From Parcubacteria group bacterium M6-OD1-4 (GTDB lineage: Bacteria; Patescibacteriota; Patescibacteriia; Patescibacteriales; UBA12465), in the NCBI GenBank assembly GCA_003056205.1, contig LSNS01000011.1, forward strand, positions 1 to 53,871: 53,871 nucleotides of DNA. The letters run 5' to 3'. The notes under the pieces were generated by a model that was not told where the DNA came from, searched no databases, and saw only the letters and a program-made list of their open reading frames with translations. A program made the translations under genes and the position numbers. Each line of letters begins with the position of its first letter. Positions within the stretch are counted from its first letter, which is position 1. This document shows, in pieces, positions 10,333 to 20,322 of the stretch.

Positions 10333-10785
10333 CTATTTAATCTGATAAGGACTTGTCGGATCTTGCTCCCAACGAATTTCATCTATTTTCTCTTTTTTTC
10401 CTAAACCTTTATATAATTTATTAGGAAAATTAATGCTAAAAGCGGGAATCTTAGAAATACATTTATAACCATGGACAACTCCAGGAGGAACAATGACTAG
10501 ACAAGGATTATTTTCACCAACTTCAATCTCGAGAGATTCACCATTCGTTTTTGAGTCTTGACGACGATCCCAAAGATAAAGACGAAAAGTACCAGGACCC
10601 ACAAAAATAAAACAATCACTTTGAGCAACATGCTCATGTGGACCACGCACTATTCCTGGCTTGGTTAAACTGACATAAGACATGGTGGGTTTAAAATCTA
10701 ATTCATCGTTCCGAAAAACTTCCGCCAACCAACCACGTTCATCAGAATATTTAGCAATTTTTCTAATAAGAACATCTTTAATCAT
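10333..10785 (-). CDS. rfbC: dTDP-4-dehydrorhamnose 3,5-epimerase (RmlC-like cupin)
   Basis: DERGW, RGPHEH and VPPGVVHGY motifs; close to rfbB. Confidence 0.8.
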   Translation of the reverse strand: MIKDVLIRKIAKYSDERGWLAEVFRNDELDFKPTMSYVSLTKPGIVRGPHEHVAQSDCFIFVGPGTFRLYLWDRRQDSKTNGESLEIEVGENNPCLVIVPPGVVHGYKCISKIPAFSINFPNKLYKGLGKKEKIDEIRWEQDPTSPYQIK

Positions 10786-10793
10786 AAATAATA

Positions 10794-11798
10794 TTATTTA
10801 ATTTCTTGAGCAGCTGGATATTCTAGTAAACCCCGCTGGGCTCCTAAATGAGAAACTTTCGCCGCTGCATTTAAAAGAGCCAATTCTAAAGCACGATTAA
10901 TATCATTAGAAAATAAGATCATCCCCGCGGCAAACGAAGAATTAAAAACATCCCCAATTCCAGTAGTATCCACGGTTTTTGTCCCTTTAATAATTTGCCG
11001 ACGATAAATCTGCTGACCATCATAAACCATCACTCCTTCAAAACCGAGAGTAATTACGACATACTGGGGGCCAAAACTATGCATAATTTTAATTAAATTT
11101 TCCGGATTATTCAAAAATTTCCGCCCCAGGTGACGATGTTTCTCAGAACTCATAATCAATTCTAGAGCTTCATCCTTATTAGAAGCTAAAACACTAACCT
11201 TCTTTAAATAGGGAGCAATTTTCTTTACTCCTAATAAATATTGAGTCATCCCTGGATTCCAAAATACTCGCGGACTGTTTTTTTGATCCAGCACTGAGAA
11301 AATCTTTTTTAATTCGGCCGGCCAATTACCAGCGAGAGAAGCAATATAGATGTTTTGGGCGGAAGATAAAACCTTTAACTGTCGGGGACTTAAAGATAAT
11401 TTAGTATTTGCTCCTCGCTGAGCAAAAATAATTCGTTCTCCAGAAGGAGAAATCAGGACAAAAGAAGAGCCACTCTCTGCCCCCTTAATTATCGACAGAA
11501 AATTAGTATTCACCTTTTGCTGACGAAGATTTTTTTTGATAAACTCTCCATCCTCATCATCACCAATGGGCGCTAAACAAGCAACTCGAAAACCAAGTTT
11601 TGCTAAACAAACTGCCGCATTCGCTGCCCCTCCGCCAAAAGCATAATAAAATTTATCTACTTTAATCTTCGCCCCAGTTTCAAAAGCGAGAACATTTTGA
11701 CGTAAAAGATCACGACGATTCTTAATCAACACTCCTTGATCAGTAAAAAAAGAAATATCTCGAGTCGTCCCACCAATAGTAATAAAATTATAAATCAT
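10794..11798 (-). CDS. PfkB/ribokinase family carbohydrate kinase
   Basis: GGGAANAAV, NKDEA, VITLG and DTTGIGDVF motifs. Confidence 0.92.
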   Translation of the reverse strand: MIYNFITIGGTTRDISFFTDQGVLIKNRRDLLRQNVLAFETGAKIKVDKFYYAFGGGAANAAVCLAKLGFRVACLAPIGDDEDGEFIKKNLRQQKVNTNFLSIIKGAESGSSFVLISPSGERIIFAQRGANTKLSLSPRQLKVLSSAQNIYIASLAGNWPAELKKIFSVLDQKNSPRVFWNPGMTQYLLGVKKIAPYLKKVSVLASNKDEALELIMSSEKHRHLGRKFLNNPENLIKIMHSFGPQYVVITLGFEGVMVYDGQQIYRRQIIKGTKTVDTTGIGDVFNSSFAAGMILFSNDINRALELALLNAAAKVSHLGAQRGLLEYPAAQEIK

Positions 11799-11819
11799 AT
11801 TGTTATCATAACATAAAAA

Positions 11820-12353
11820 TTATTTCTTTTCCAAAAAGAAGGGTTGCCAACGCCGGCTAAAAAAATTAACTAAGTTAAACATCAGCAAGGCAAAGATTTC
11901 ACTCCAAATAATTTGATAAATAAGGGTCGACCAAAAATAACTATTCTGAAGAAAGAATATTTTGGAACTAGCAAAGGAAAAATAACTTAATGAAGCTAAT
12001 AAAAGATTATAAAAAATAGTTGCTAAAAATATTAACAAACTAAAAGAATATAGAGAACGATTGGTCAGCCATTTTCGTAAAATCCAGCTAACAAAAACAA
12101 CCGTTAAAAATAAAGTAATAAGGTAGAAGCCAAAAAAATTAAAGAACAAAATATCGAGATAAAAACCGCCAATAATGGCCGCACTGGCTGCTGAACGAAA
12201 ATCATAGAAAAAAAGAAGAAAAACTAGAATAATTAATAATAAATTCAAATCACGAAAAAATTGTGGCAAGACGGCTAAAATAGAAAATTGGCTAATAACC
12301 ACCAAGAGAATAAAGAGAAAAAAAAGAATAATTTGTCCAATTTTTTTAAACAT
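11820..12353 (-). CDS. mreD: Rod shape-determining protein MreD
   Basis: Five TM helices and a GFYLD motif; directly after mreC. Confidence 0.75.
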   Translation of the reverse strand: MFKKIGQIILFFLFILLVVISQFSILAVLPQFFRDLNLLLIILVFLLFFYDFRSAASAAIIGGFYLDILFFNFFGFYLITLFLTVVFVSWILRKWLTNRSLYSFSLLIFLATIFYNLLLASLSYFSFASSKIFFLQNSYFWSTLIYQIIWSEIFALLMFNLVNFFSRRWQPFFLEKK

Positions 12354-12412
12354 AGCTGGAACTAAATTGAAAGAAAATTAAATTCTATAAAAGCGAAAAC
12401 AAAAACCACAAT

Positions 12413-13219
12413 TTATTGCGGGATAACAATAGAAACAATAGTTAAATTATCAAAGTTAATTAGTGGTTGAATAGTGGCTGTTTGCCAAACCGCATTACTG
12501 CTTTGATGAATTTGTGAGATCTTGCCAATTAACAAACCGCGAGGAATTTCGTTCTCTAAACCAGAAGTAATAATCATCTCCCCAAGTTTAAGTTTTTCAG
12601 ATTGGGGAATAAAATTCATTTGAATAGTCAAGCCAAGATTACCACTCGTCACCCCTTGCGTTAAAGTTTGATTTTGAACTGCGGCGGCTAATTTACAATT
12701 AATATTCGTGCTTAAACAAGCAATAGCACTAGTATTCTTGACTTCCATAATTTTTCCAATGATTATTCCTTGGGAATTAATTATCGCCAATCCTGGTCGC
12801 AAACCAGATTGCCGACCACGATCAATAATTAAATCTCCTCGATTACCAAGACGAAGCTGTTTAGCAATAATCGTCGCCGTTATCGTCTGAAAATGATGAG
12901 TGCTTTTTAATTTTAAAATAGAACGTAATTTTTGATTACTAGCATTAATTTCTAGACAGCGGGAATTAGCAACTGTGAGCGTATTAACCAATTTCTCAAG
13001 TTGTTGAACTTTGGTCTGCAGGACCTGACGATCATAACGTTGTTGATAAGAACTTCGAAAATTTGTTCCCCAGTCATACAAACGAACAGTTAATGGTTTA
13101 GTAGCAGATAACAAAAAATCTTCTAGCGGAGCTAAAAGACCAATGCTATGTAAAACAATTAGGAAGACAATAAGCGTTGAGAAAATTACTAGGGGATTAT
13201 TTTTCTTAATTTTTAGCAT
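12413..13219 (-). CDS. mreC: Rod shape-determining protein MreC
   Basis: N-terminal TM, coiled coil, IDRGRQSG and ITSGL..IPRGLLIG motifs; ATG at 13219 preferred. Confidence 0.92.
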   Translation of the reverse strand: MLKIKKNNPLVIFSTLIVFLIVLHSIGLLAPLEDFLLSATKPLTVRLYDWGTNFRSSYQQRYDRQVLQTKVQQLEKLVNTLTVANSRCLEINASNQKLRSILKLKSTHHFQTITATIIAKQLRLGNRGDLIIDRGRQSGLRPGLAIINSQGIIIGKIMEVKNTSAIACLSTNINCKLAAAVQNQTLTQGVTSGNLGLTIQMNFIPQSEKLKLGEMIITSGLENEIPRGLLIGKISQIHQSSNAVWQTATIQPLINFDNLTIVSIVIPQ

Positions 13220-13248
13220 ACAAGATTCTTTTCTTGAACAAAGCAAAA

Positions 13249-14289
13249 CTATTCTTCTTCATTGGGCATCATCACCTTATCTAGTAATTCTTTATTATCT
13301 AATAAAATACCAGTTCCCCGAGCCACGCAGGTGAGTGGATCGTCAACTAGTTTAACGGGAATCTTAGTAGCTGCTGATATGGCCTGATCTAAACCACGGA
13401 GTAAACCACCCCCCCCAGATAAAAATAAGCCTCGTTCATAAATATCAGAAACTAATTCCGGCGGAGTAGTTTCTAAAATTGTTTTAATATTTTCAATAAT
13501 CCGATTTACTGTTCGACTCAAAGCTTCCCGAATCTGTTTATCGGTGGCCATTAAAGCTTTAGGCAAACCAGTTAATAAATCACGACCCCGAACTTCAATT
13601 TCTTGAGGACTTTCCAAAGGACCAGCAGAACCAACGGCGATTTTAATACTCTCCGCTAATTGTTCACCAATTAAAATATTAAATTCTTCCCGCACATATT
13701 CAATAATATTATTATCAAATTCATTGCCAGCGGCTTTTAAAGACTTCCAAGTAACGACACCACCAAGAGAAATTACCGCAATTTCAGTTGTGCCACCGCC
13801 AATATCAACAATCATTGTCGCCGTCGCTTCCGTTACTGGTAACCGGGCACCAATAGCTGCCGCCATCGCTTCATTAATTAAATACACTTTCCGAGCCCCA
13901 GCCGATTTAGCAGCATCTTCTACTGCTTTTTTCTCTACTTCAGTTAAATCTAAGGGAATGCCAATCACCACCCGGGGGCGAGATACTAAAGAGAAATTCT
14001 CATGATGAACTTTATTAATAAAATATTTCAACATTTTCTCAGTAATCTCAAAATCAGAAATTACACCATCCACCAAAGGTTTAATGGCCTCAATATGTCC
14101 TGGAGTTTTACCAACCATTTTTTTAGCAGCTTCACCTACTTCCAAAATTTCATTAGTCCGCTTATTAATGGCGACAACGCTGGGTTCATTAATAATAATT
14201 CCTTTATCTGCTAAATAAACCAAAGTATTTTTGGTCCCCAGATCAATTCCTAAATCTTGATTAAATTTTCCAAAAAATTTACCAAACAT
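13249..14289 (-). CDS. mreB: Rod shape-determining protein MreB (operonic with mreCD)
   Basis: GIDLGT, EPSVVA, DIGGGTTE, TPPELVSDI and LSGGG motifs. Confidence 0.96.
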   Translation of the reverse strand: MFGKFFGKFNQDLGIDLGTKNTLVYLADKGIIINEPSVVAINKRTNEILEVGEAAKKMVGKTPGHIEAIKPLVDGVISDFEITEKMLKYFINKVHHENFSLVSRPRVVIGIPLDLTEVEKKAVEDAAKSAGARKVYLINEAMAAAIGARLPVTEATATMIVDIGGGTTEIAVISLGGVVTWKSLKAAGNEFDNNIIEYVREEFNILIGEQLAESIKIAVGSAGPLESPQEIEVRGRDLLTGLPKALMATDKQIREALSRTVNRIIENIKTILETTPPELVSDIYERGLFLSGGGGLLRGLDQAISAATKIPVKLVDDPLTCVARGTGILLDNKELLDKVMMPNEEE

Positions 14290-14346
14290 AATTTAAATAT
14301 AGATGACCATTATTAATTAATAAATAATAATGAAAATATCAGAATT

Positions 14347-15783
14347 TTAATAACTGCGAGCAAATAACCAATCGTGTTTAGCTTCTTGACCACTAATAAA
14401 ACATTTCTTGTTTTTTGGTGCTCGTTGAGCATTTTCAGGTAATAATAAACGAGAAACTATTCCATATTTTTCTTTAAGTTGCTTTTCAGTTTCTGGATCT
14501 TCACTCCAACTAGCCTCAAACCAAACCTGTTGCTTATCAATTTCTTCCCAATTTTCAATTCGTTTAATATGCCCAGTAAAAAAGTTTTGAGCTTGCTGAT
14601 ATAAATTATCTTGAATTTCGGAAATCAAGTTTACTAAATAATTATCTAAATTAACTCGAGAGATTAATTCTTTACGATCATCATCCCGACGAAAAACTGT
14701 GACTTCTTTTTTATTCACTTCTTGCAAACCAATCTCTAAACGAACTGGTACGCCCCGTATTTCCCAATGATTAAATTTAAATCCTGGACTTAAATTCTGG
14801 CGACGATCAATTTTAACCCGATATTTCTTTTGTAAAGTCTGCTCCAATTCTTGGCAATAAGCGAGCACCTGTCGTTGACCATCGTCATCTCGATAAATCG
14901 GAACAATAATGATTTGAATCGGCGCCACATTAGGTGGTAAACGTAAACCATTATCATCACCATGGACCATAATTAAAGCACCAACCGCTCGCCAAGATAA
15001 GCCCCAACTATTCTGATGAACAAGATGTGATTGACCATCGGCCCCTAAATAATTAACGTTAAAAACTTTAGCAAAATTAGTTCCCAAATAATGACTAGTA
15101 GCTCCTTGGATAGCCTTTCCATCCCGAGACATAAGTTCTACCGTCGTCGTCGCTACCGCACCCGCAAATTTCTCACTCTCTGACTTTTGACCAGCTAAAG
15201 ACGGAATGGCCATAAATTTATAAATATCCTGATAAATTTGCGTCATCTTTTGAACTTCTGAGCGGGCCTCCTCTTCATTTGCAAAAGCAGTATGTCCTTC
15301 CTGCCATAAAAATTCACTCCAACGCAAAAAAGCACGTGGTCGTTTTTCCCAACGAACAACATTCGCCCACTGATTTAATCGTAAAGGTAAATCTTGGTAG
15401 CTTTGAATCCAACGAGCATAGGTCTTATACATGGCCGCTTCACTCGTCGGACGAATAACTAATTTATTCTCTAATTCTTTGCCACCAGCATGAGTAACCA
15501 CTGCTAGTTCTGGAGCAAAACCTTGAACATGGTCTTTTTCCGCTTCTAAATTAGCCAGCGGAACAAAAATTGGGAAATAAACATTTTCCACCCCATCTTC
15601 TTCCAAACGCCGACTTAATTCTGCTTTGATTAATTCCCAAATTTTTAAACCATAAGGACGGACAATCCCACAACCGCGGACCTCTGATGGTTCAGCTAAT
15701 TCGGCCTCACGGACCACATCCTGATACCATTGAGGAAAATCAGTAGCTTGCTTAGTAATTGTTTTTTTTCCTGTAATAGACAT
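14347..15783 (-). CDS. proS: Proline--tRNA ligase, archaeal/eukaryote-like type
   Basis: RPTSE, QWANVVRWE, EFLWQEGHT, SHYLG and HGDDNGL motifs; C-terminal FARSY; no editing insert. Confidence 0.97.
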   Translation of the reverse strand: MSITGKKTITKQATDFPQWYQDVVREAELAEPSEVRGCGIVRPYGLKIWELIKAELSRRLEEDGVENVYFPIFVPLANLEAEKDHVQGFAPELAVVTHAGGKELENKLVIRPTSEAAMYKTYARWIQSYQDLPLRLNQWANVVRWEKRPRAFLRWSEFLWQEGHTAFANEEEARSEVQKMTQIYQDIYKFMAIPSLAGQKSESEKFAGAVATTTVELMSRDGKAIQGATSHYLGTNFAKVFNVNYLGADGQSHLVHQNSWGLSWRAVGALIMVHGDDNGLRLPPNVAPIQIIIVPIYRDDDGQRQVLAYCQELEQTLQKKYRVKIDRRQNLSPGFKFNHWEIRGVPVRLEIGLQEVNKKEVTVFRRDDDRKELISRVNLDNYLVNLISEIQDNLYQQAQNFFTGHIKRIENWEEIDKQQVWFEASWSEDPETEKQLKEKYGIVSRLLLPENAQRAPKNKKCFISGQEAKHDWLFARSY

Positions 15784-15831
15784 AATAATTCTTCTTTATC
15801 TTAACCAAAAAAAATGCTCTTGTAAAGTCGC

Positions 15832-17040
15832 CTAAATTCGCTCAGCAAGAATATAATAAGCTTGCTGATCTCCCAAAATAGTGAAAATTAAAAATAACTG
15901 GCCACCTTCTTTTAATTTAGTTCGTCGATAAACTTCTTCCGGTTTAAATGGAAGGTGTTTGACAATCACATTCGCTCGCTCTAAATGGCGAGCTTTAATA
16001 AATTTTTGCAGAGCTGACCAAGAAAAAGTTTCAGAAGCTAAAACTTTAAACACCCGCCAGAGATCGGGAATTTCCGCTTGAACAATATTTTGACTAGTGA
16101 GAAAGGGTAAATAAGGGCTTAATTTTGATAATTGATATTTAAGAGCCAAGTCATCAACGAGATGAGCCTTGACAATCGCTTTATTAGGTTCATACCAGTA
16201 ATTTAAAGCCTGCTTCACAAAAACTGGATTTTTCCGAGGCTGGTTTTGATAAGTTTTAAAGCCATCCGCAGTTAAAATAGTTGCCCGCCGTTCTGCCGTT
16301 TTTAAGTCACCAAACCAGAGCATCACCACTTTATTAGTATTATGTTCAGAAATTACCTCAACTTCAGGTTGTTCTGGTAATAATTTCAATTCCCGATAAT
16401 CAAAGGCCGGAGAAATTTTCACTCCCAAATTTTTAGTAATTGAAAAAATAGCTGGTAGAATTTCCAAGAGAGGAGGCTGAGAATTTAAAAAAGAACGAGT
16501 TTTAGTCTTCCCCGGACGATAACGAGAAGGATCTAAAAATAAAGCATCAACTCCTCCTAATGATTCTTGTTTTGATAATTCTTCTTGAACCTCAGCTAAA
16601 ATAAATTTAATTTTTGAAGAAACTCCCCAAACCTGAGTATTGAGCCGAGCACAAGCTAAATTAACTTCATCCTGATCGATGGCAATCACCCGTCGACAAC
16701 GTCTTGCTAAAGAAATTAAATTGCCACCCAAACCACAAGTTAAATCAGCAACTCGCCATTCTTTTTTGAATCGTTGCGCTAAATAATTAGAGATTTTTTC
16801 TCCCGTTGCTTGTTCTAAGGCTAAAGAACTAAAAAACATTTCTGCGGCACGACTAAACTTTTCCTGAGCTTTCCGCCGTAATTTAAGCAAACTAACCACC
16901 GCTCCCAGATAAGGAGAATCTAATTTTTTTTTGGATCTCAACAATAAACGAAAGAGAGCGGTCTCGTCATCATTGACATACCGCTCTAATAATTCTTTTC
17001 CCGCTGAAGATGTTAAAAAATCTAATTCCGAAATAGTCAT
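15832..17040 (-). CDS. Class I SAM-dependent methyltransferase with THUMP-like C-terminal domain
   Basis: LEQAT, ADLTCGLGG, FLDPSR, KISP and YEPN motifs. Confidence 0.8.
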   Translation of the reverse strand: MTISELDFLTSSAGKELLERYVNDDETALFRLLLRSKKKLDSPYLGAVVSLLKLRRKAQEKFSRAAEMFFSSLALEQATGEKISNYLAQRFKKEWRVADLTCGLGGNLISLARRCRRVIAIDQDEVNLACARLNTQVWGVSSKIKFILAEVQEELSKQESLGGVDALFLDPSRYRPGKTKTRSFLNSQPPLLEILPAIFSITKNLGVKISPAFDYRELKLLPEQPEVEVISEHNTNKVVMLWFGDLKTAERRATILTADGFKTYQNQPRKNPVFVKQALNYWYEPNKAIVKAHLVDDLALKYQLSKLSPYLPFLTSQNIVQAEIPDLWRVFKVLASETFSWSALQKFIKARHLERANVIVKHLPFKPEEVYRRTKLKEGGQLFLIFTILGDQQAYYILAERI

Positions 17041-17042
17041 GA

Positions 17043-17627
17043 CTATTTTTTAAATATTTTTTTTAAAGCCTGTTTAACCCGTTCACCGCTATCTTTAATT
17101 TGAGAGTCTACTAAACTTAAGGCTTGCCGGGCCTCACTGAGAGAATAGCCTAAAGACATTAGAGCATCAATTTCATCACTACTCGCCATTAAACTAAGTG
17201 GATCTAAAGATCCCGTCTGTTGACTGGAGCGAAGAACTTTATTTTTTAATTCCAATACTAAACGTTCCGCAGTTTTCTGACCAATTCCCGAAACTTTTGT
17301 CAGAAGATTAGCATCGCCCCGAATAATAGCTTCACGAATATCTTCTGTCGCCGCCATATTCAAAACACCCAAAGCTGATTTTGGTCCGATCCCAGAAACA
17401 GTTAATAGTAATTCAAATAATTCTAAATCTGCTAAATTCGGGAAACCATATAAATCACTAGCTTCTTCTCGCACCCGATGATGAATATAGACTTCTAACT
17501 CTTGCTTAATTTTTAGATCAGCTAAAAAAGTTTCGCCCATAAAAACTTGATAGCCGATATTAGTAACTTCAATAATTGCATAATTTAAAGTTTTATTAAT
17601 TATTTTTCCTCTTAAAAATGAAATCAT
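17043..17627 (-). CDS. ruvA: Holliday junction branch migration protein RuvA
   Basis: MISFLRG start, LYGF, two HhH motifs (VSGIGPK, VSGIGQKTAERLVLELK) and ALMSLGY. Confidence 0.97.
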   Translation of the reverse strand: MISFLRGKIINKTLNYAIIEVTNIGYQVFMGETFLADLKIKQELEVYIHHRVREEASDLYGFPNLADLELFELLLTVSGIGPKSALGVLNMAATEDIREAIIRGDANLLTKVSGIGQKTAERLVLELKNKVLRSSQQTGSLDPLSLMASSDEIDALMSLGYSLSEARQALSLVDSQIKDSGERVKQALKKIFKK

Positions 17628-17629
17628 AC

Positions 17630-17658
17630 TTGACAAAAAAATTATTAAGTGCTAGTAT
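17630..17658 (+). promoter_or_regulatory. Sigma70-type promoter driving a non-coding transcript
   Basis: TTGACA (17630-35), 17-bp spacer, TAGTAT (17653-58) with extended -10 TG. Confidence 0.7.
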
Positions 17659-17664
17659 ATAGAC

Positions 17665-17955
17665 AAGAAAGCGGCATAAGTATAAGTCGCAAATAATGGT
17701 GGTATTAAACCACCGATAGAGCATGTGGGCAAAATCCCCACTCTGTCATCCGCAGTAAAGGAAGACAGGTTCCGCGTCAAAGTCGGTTATTATATTCTGG
17801 GACTTAAAGCGAAAGAAGTCGAAAAAAATGCTTGAAAAAGCCCCAGTCCCGACGAAGAGAAATGCTCAAAGCACCGCTATATGTTTTTAAAGATGATTGA
17901 TTGTTCTGCAGGACAATTAAATCTATAACTTTAAAAACTATAGCGGTTTTTATTT
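17665..17955 (+). ncRNA. Candidate structured non-coding RNA, family not recognised
   Basis: About nine nested stems, G-U pairs favouring the + strand, a GAAA tetraloop, an upstream promoter, a final hairpin with U-tract, and no credible ORF. Confidence 0.6.
17873..17955 (+). terminator. Long hairpin with U-tract (possibly bidirectional terminator)
   Basis: ACCGCTATA/TATAGCGGT, GTTTTTAAAG/CTTTAAAAAC and TGATTGTTC/GGACAATTA stems, then TTTTATTT. Confidence 0.7.
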
Positions 17956-17967
17956 ATCCTGTAAATA

Positions 17968-19266
17968 TTAAACAACATCGATCTTCCTTCTCAGAACAGT
18001 TAAAGCAGGAATCTTTCCTGTTTTTTTATTTAATTTTAAAACAGCAATTTGACCGCCACCACCACCATGGGCTTCGCTCAGTTCTTCTCCACTGTGAGCA
18101 TCCCATAGTTGTTGAGACTGTACTTTAATTATATCATAATCGGGACGAATAATCTCTACTTCATCACCAACCTTGATTGTATTATGAACTTTAAAATATA
18201 TTAAATTAGCATCCTGGTCTAAATTTTTAAAAACTTTGGCATAACTTTTTAAAGGTTTAAGCACCTGTCCACAGAATTCCCAAGCACTACTATTATGAGC
18301 ATTCGCAATATTTTGATCAGCTTTTTCACCTAATAAAAACCCCGTGGTATAACCCCGTTGGACTAATTTAGTTTCTAACTCGGAATATAAATAATCTATT
18401 TCTTTCTGAAATTCTTGAGGCTTTATTTTTTTATTCAATAGATTTATAGCTCGACGATAGATGCCAACCACATTAGCTTGATAATAAACACTCTTTGCTC
18501 GACCTTCAATTTTAAAACTAGTGACTCCCGCGGCTTTCAATTCTTGAAGATGTTTAATTAAACATAAATCTTTAGAATTTAAAAGATAGGTGCCATGTTT
18601 TTCTTCCACTAATTCTAATTCTTCTTGATGATTGTCAGTTTTTAATTTAAATCTTTGAACATCATAGGGCCAACGACAAGGTTGAGCACAATCCCCTAAA
18701 TTAGCACTCCGATCAACAAATAATTTAGAGAGAAAACAACGCCCGGAATAGGCCATACACATGGCGCCCTGCACAAAATACTCTAATTCCATTTTCGGTA
18801 CTGCTCGATGAATTTCTTTAATTTCTGATAAAGTAACTTCCCGTCCTAAAATAATACGTTGTAAGCCTTGCCGAGCCCAAAACTTAACCGCTGCTAAATT
18901 TGTACAGTTCGCTTGAGTAGAAAGATGAATTTCGGCTTGAGGCCAAGTCTCCTGAACAACAAAAATAATTCCGGGATCAGAAATAATTAAAGCATCCACT
19001 TTTAGCTTTTTAAGTTCCTGTAAATATTGCGGTAATTTTTCAAAATGCTGATTATGAGCAAAAATGTTTAAAGTAATATAGACTTTTTTGTTTTGTTGAT
19101 GAGCTTCTTGAACAGCCTCTTTAATCCCTAATAAATTAAAATCATTAATTCGTACTCGCAAAGAAAAATCAGGAAGACCTAAATAAACAGCATCCGCTCC
19201 ATAAGCAAAAGCGGTGGCCATTTTTAATTTATTACCAGCAGGAGCGAGCAACTCTAATTTAGACAT
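17968..19266 (-). CDS. Peptidase U32 family protein (TrhP/YegQ-like tRNA hydroxylation)
   Basis: ELLAPAG, GADAVY, HLSTQ, CMAYSGRC..S...N.GDCAQPCR and FKIEGR motifs. Confidence 0.93.
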   Translation of the reverse strand: MSKLELLAPAGNKLKMATAFAYGADAVYLGLPDFSLRVRINDFNLLGIKEAVQEAHQQNKKVYITLNIFAHNQHFEKLPQYLQELKKLKVDALIISDPGIIFVVQETWPQAEIHLSTQANCTNLAAVKFWARQGLQRIILGREVTLSEIKEIHRAVPKMELEYFVQGAMCMAYSGRCFLSKLFVDRSANLGDCAQPCRWPYDVQRFKLKTDNHQEELELVEEKHGTYLLNSKDLCLIKHLQELKAAGVTSFKIEGRAKSVYYQANVVGIYRRAINLLNKKIKPQEFQKEIDYLYSELETKLVQRGYTTGFLLGEKADQNIANAHNSSAWEFCGQVLKPLKSYAKVFKNLDQDANLIYFKVHNTIKVGDEVEIIRPDYDIIKVQSQQLWDAHSGEELSEAHGGGGGQIAVLKLNKKTGKIPALTVLRRKIDVV

Positions 19267-19280
19267 AATTTATAAAAATA

Positions 19281-20273
19281 TTATTTTTTCCGAGAGTTTT
19301 TAACTTGAGACTTTTTTTCTTCTCGAAAGCGTTTGACCCGAATTAAACCAGAAATGGGAACAATTTCTATCCCCTTCTTCTCTAGCTCATCTAGAAATAA
19401 ATTCAATCCAAGAGAATCAGAGGCCATATGACCAGCAACCACAACATTTAAATGATGTTTTTCTGCTTCTTGACGATGTTTTTCACTCATATGCATGCTA
19501 ATAATTGTTCCGATTCCTTGTTGAGCCATTTTTTCATAAATATCTTTAGAACCACTTGTTCCCCCCGTAAATTCAGTCACCACAATCCGACCACAAGCAC
19601 CGTCTAAAGAACCGTTAAAAATAATTGGTCCCGCTTTACGGACTTGAGCTTCTTGATACTCGGGAATAGTTTTTAACAATTTTAGTAAGTCTTCTAAAGT
19701 TTCAAGATTTTTTTCATTCTTTTTGAGGAGTTTAATCATAAAATCTGCTCCCAAATTATCAGCGGGAGTATGAACACACATAAAATCTAAACCGAGAATT
19801 TGAGCAATATCAACAGCACGGTTATGATTAATCGGCGACAAACCTCGCAATACTTCAGCAATCCGTGGTCGATCAATGTCTTCGGCAATATTAATTGGCA
19901 CACCATAACGAGCCAAAACTTGCGCTTGAAGATGCATCACTTCGGCTAAATCTGCTAAAGCTGGACCTTGAGGATGATGAGCAATAACTAAATCAATATC
20001 CCCCAACTGTTTCGCCAATAATAATTCAGGTCCTTCCATATCAACCCCCACCAGAATTTTTTTAATTTGTTTTTTCTGATTATCAACCAAAATTAGAGAA
20101 TCAGCATAGGGATTTGTTAATTTACTCTGATCAAAATCCTTTTTTTCGGCAAGGGACAGAGAATCATATTTTTTTTTAATCCGTGCTAAATTCTTAGCAA
20201 CTTGTTCAGAACCACGTAAATCGTGGCTAACCCCTAATTTAATAGCTAAATCATAAATTTGCTTAGTAGTCAT
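19281..20273 (-). CDS. NIF3-like (NGG1p-interacting factor 3) metal-binding protein
   Basis: IAHHP, HTPADN, MH and GHMASDSLG motifs. Confidence 0.8.
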   Translation of the reverse strand: MTTKQIYDLAIKLGVSHDLRGSEQVAKNLARIKKKYDSLSLAEKKDFDQSKLTNPYADSLILVDNQKKQIKKILVGVDMEGPELLLAKQLGDIDLVIAHHPQGPALADLAEVMHLQAQVLARYGVPINIAEDIDRPRIAEVLRGLSPINHNRAVDIAQILGLDFMCVHTPADNLGADFMIKLLKKNEKNLETLEDLLKLLKTIPEYQEAQVRKAGPIIFNGSLDGACGRIVVTEFTGGTSGSKDIYEKMAQQGIGTIISMHMSEKHRQEAEKHHLNVVVAGHMASDSLGLNLFLDELEKKGIEIVPISGLIRVKRFREEKKSQVKNSRKK

Positions 20274-20322
20274 ATATTTTTGACATTAATAAATTTAAAA
20301 ATCTTTTGTGATATTATTTTTC

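Noticed and set aside
17743-17769. Resemblance to SRP helix 8 (TCC...GGAAG.CAG) and to group I intron P4 (ATCCGCAG)
   Set aside because: It lacks the CAGG/AGCA symmetric loop and GNRA cap of SRP, and lacks the P7 R/S elements of group I introns.
17680-17835. tmRNA-like resume context (ATAAGTC GCA AAT AAT) and a short GTG-started frame ending in TGA
   Set aside because: There is no tRNA-like domain, T-loop or CCA end, and the frame does not end in a tag-like AA*. The short ORF has no recognisable features and the dense stems argue for RNA.
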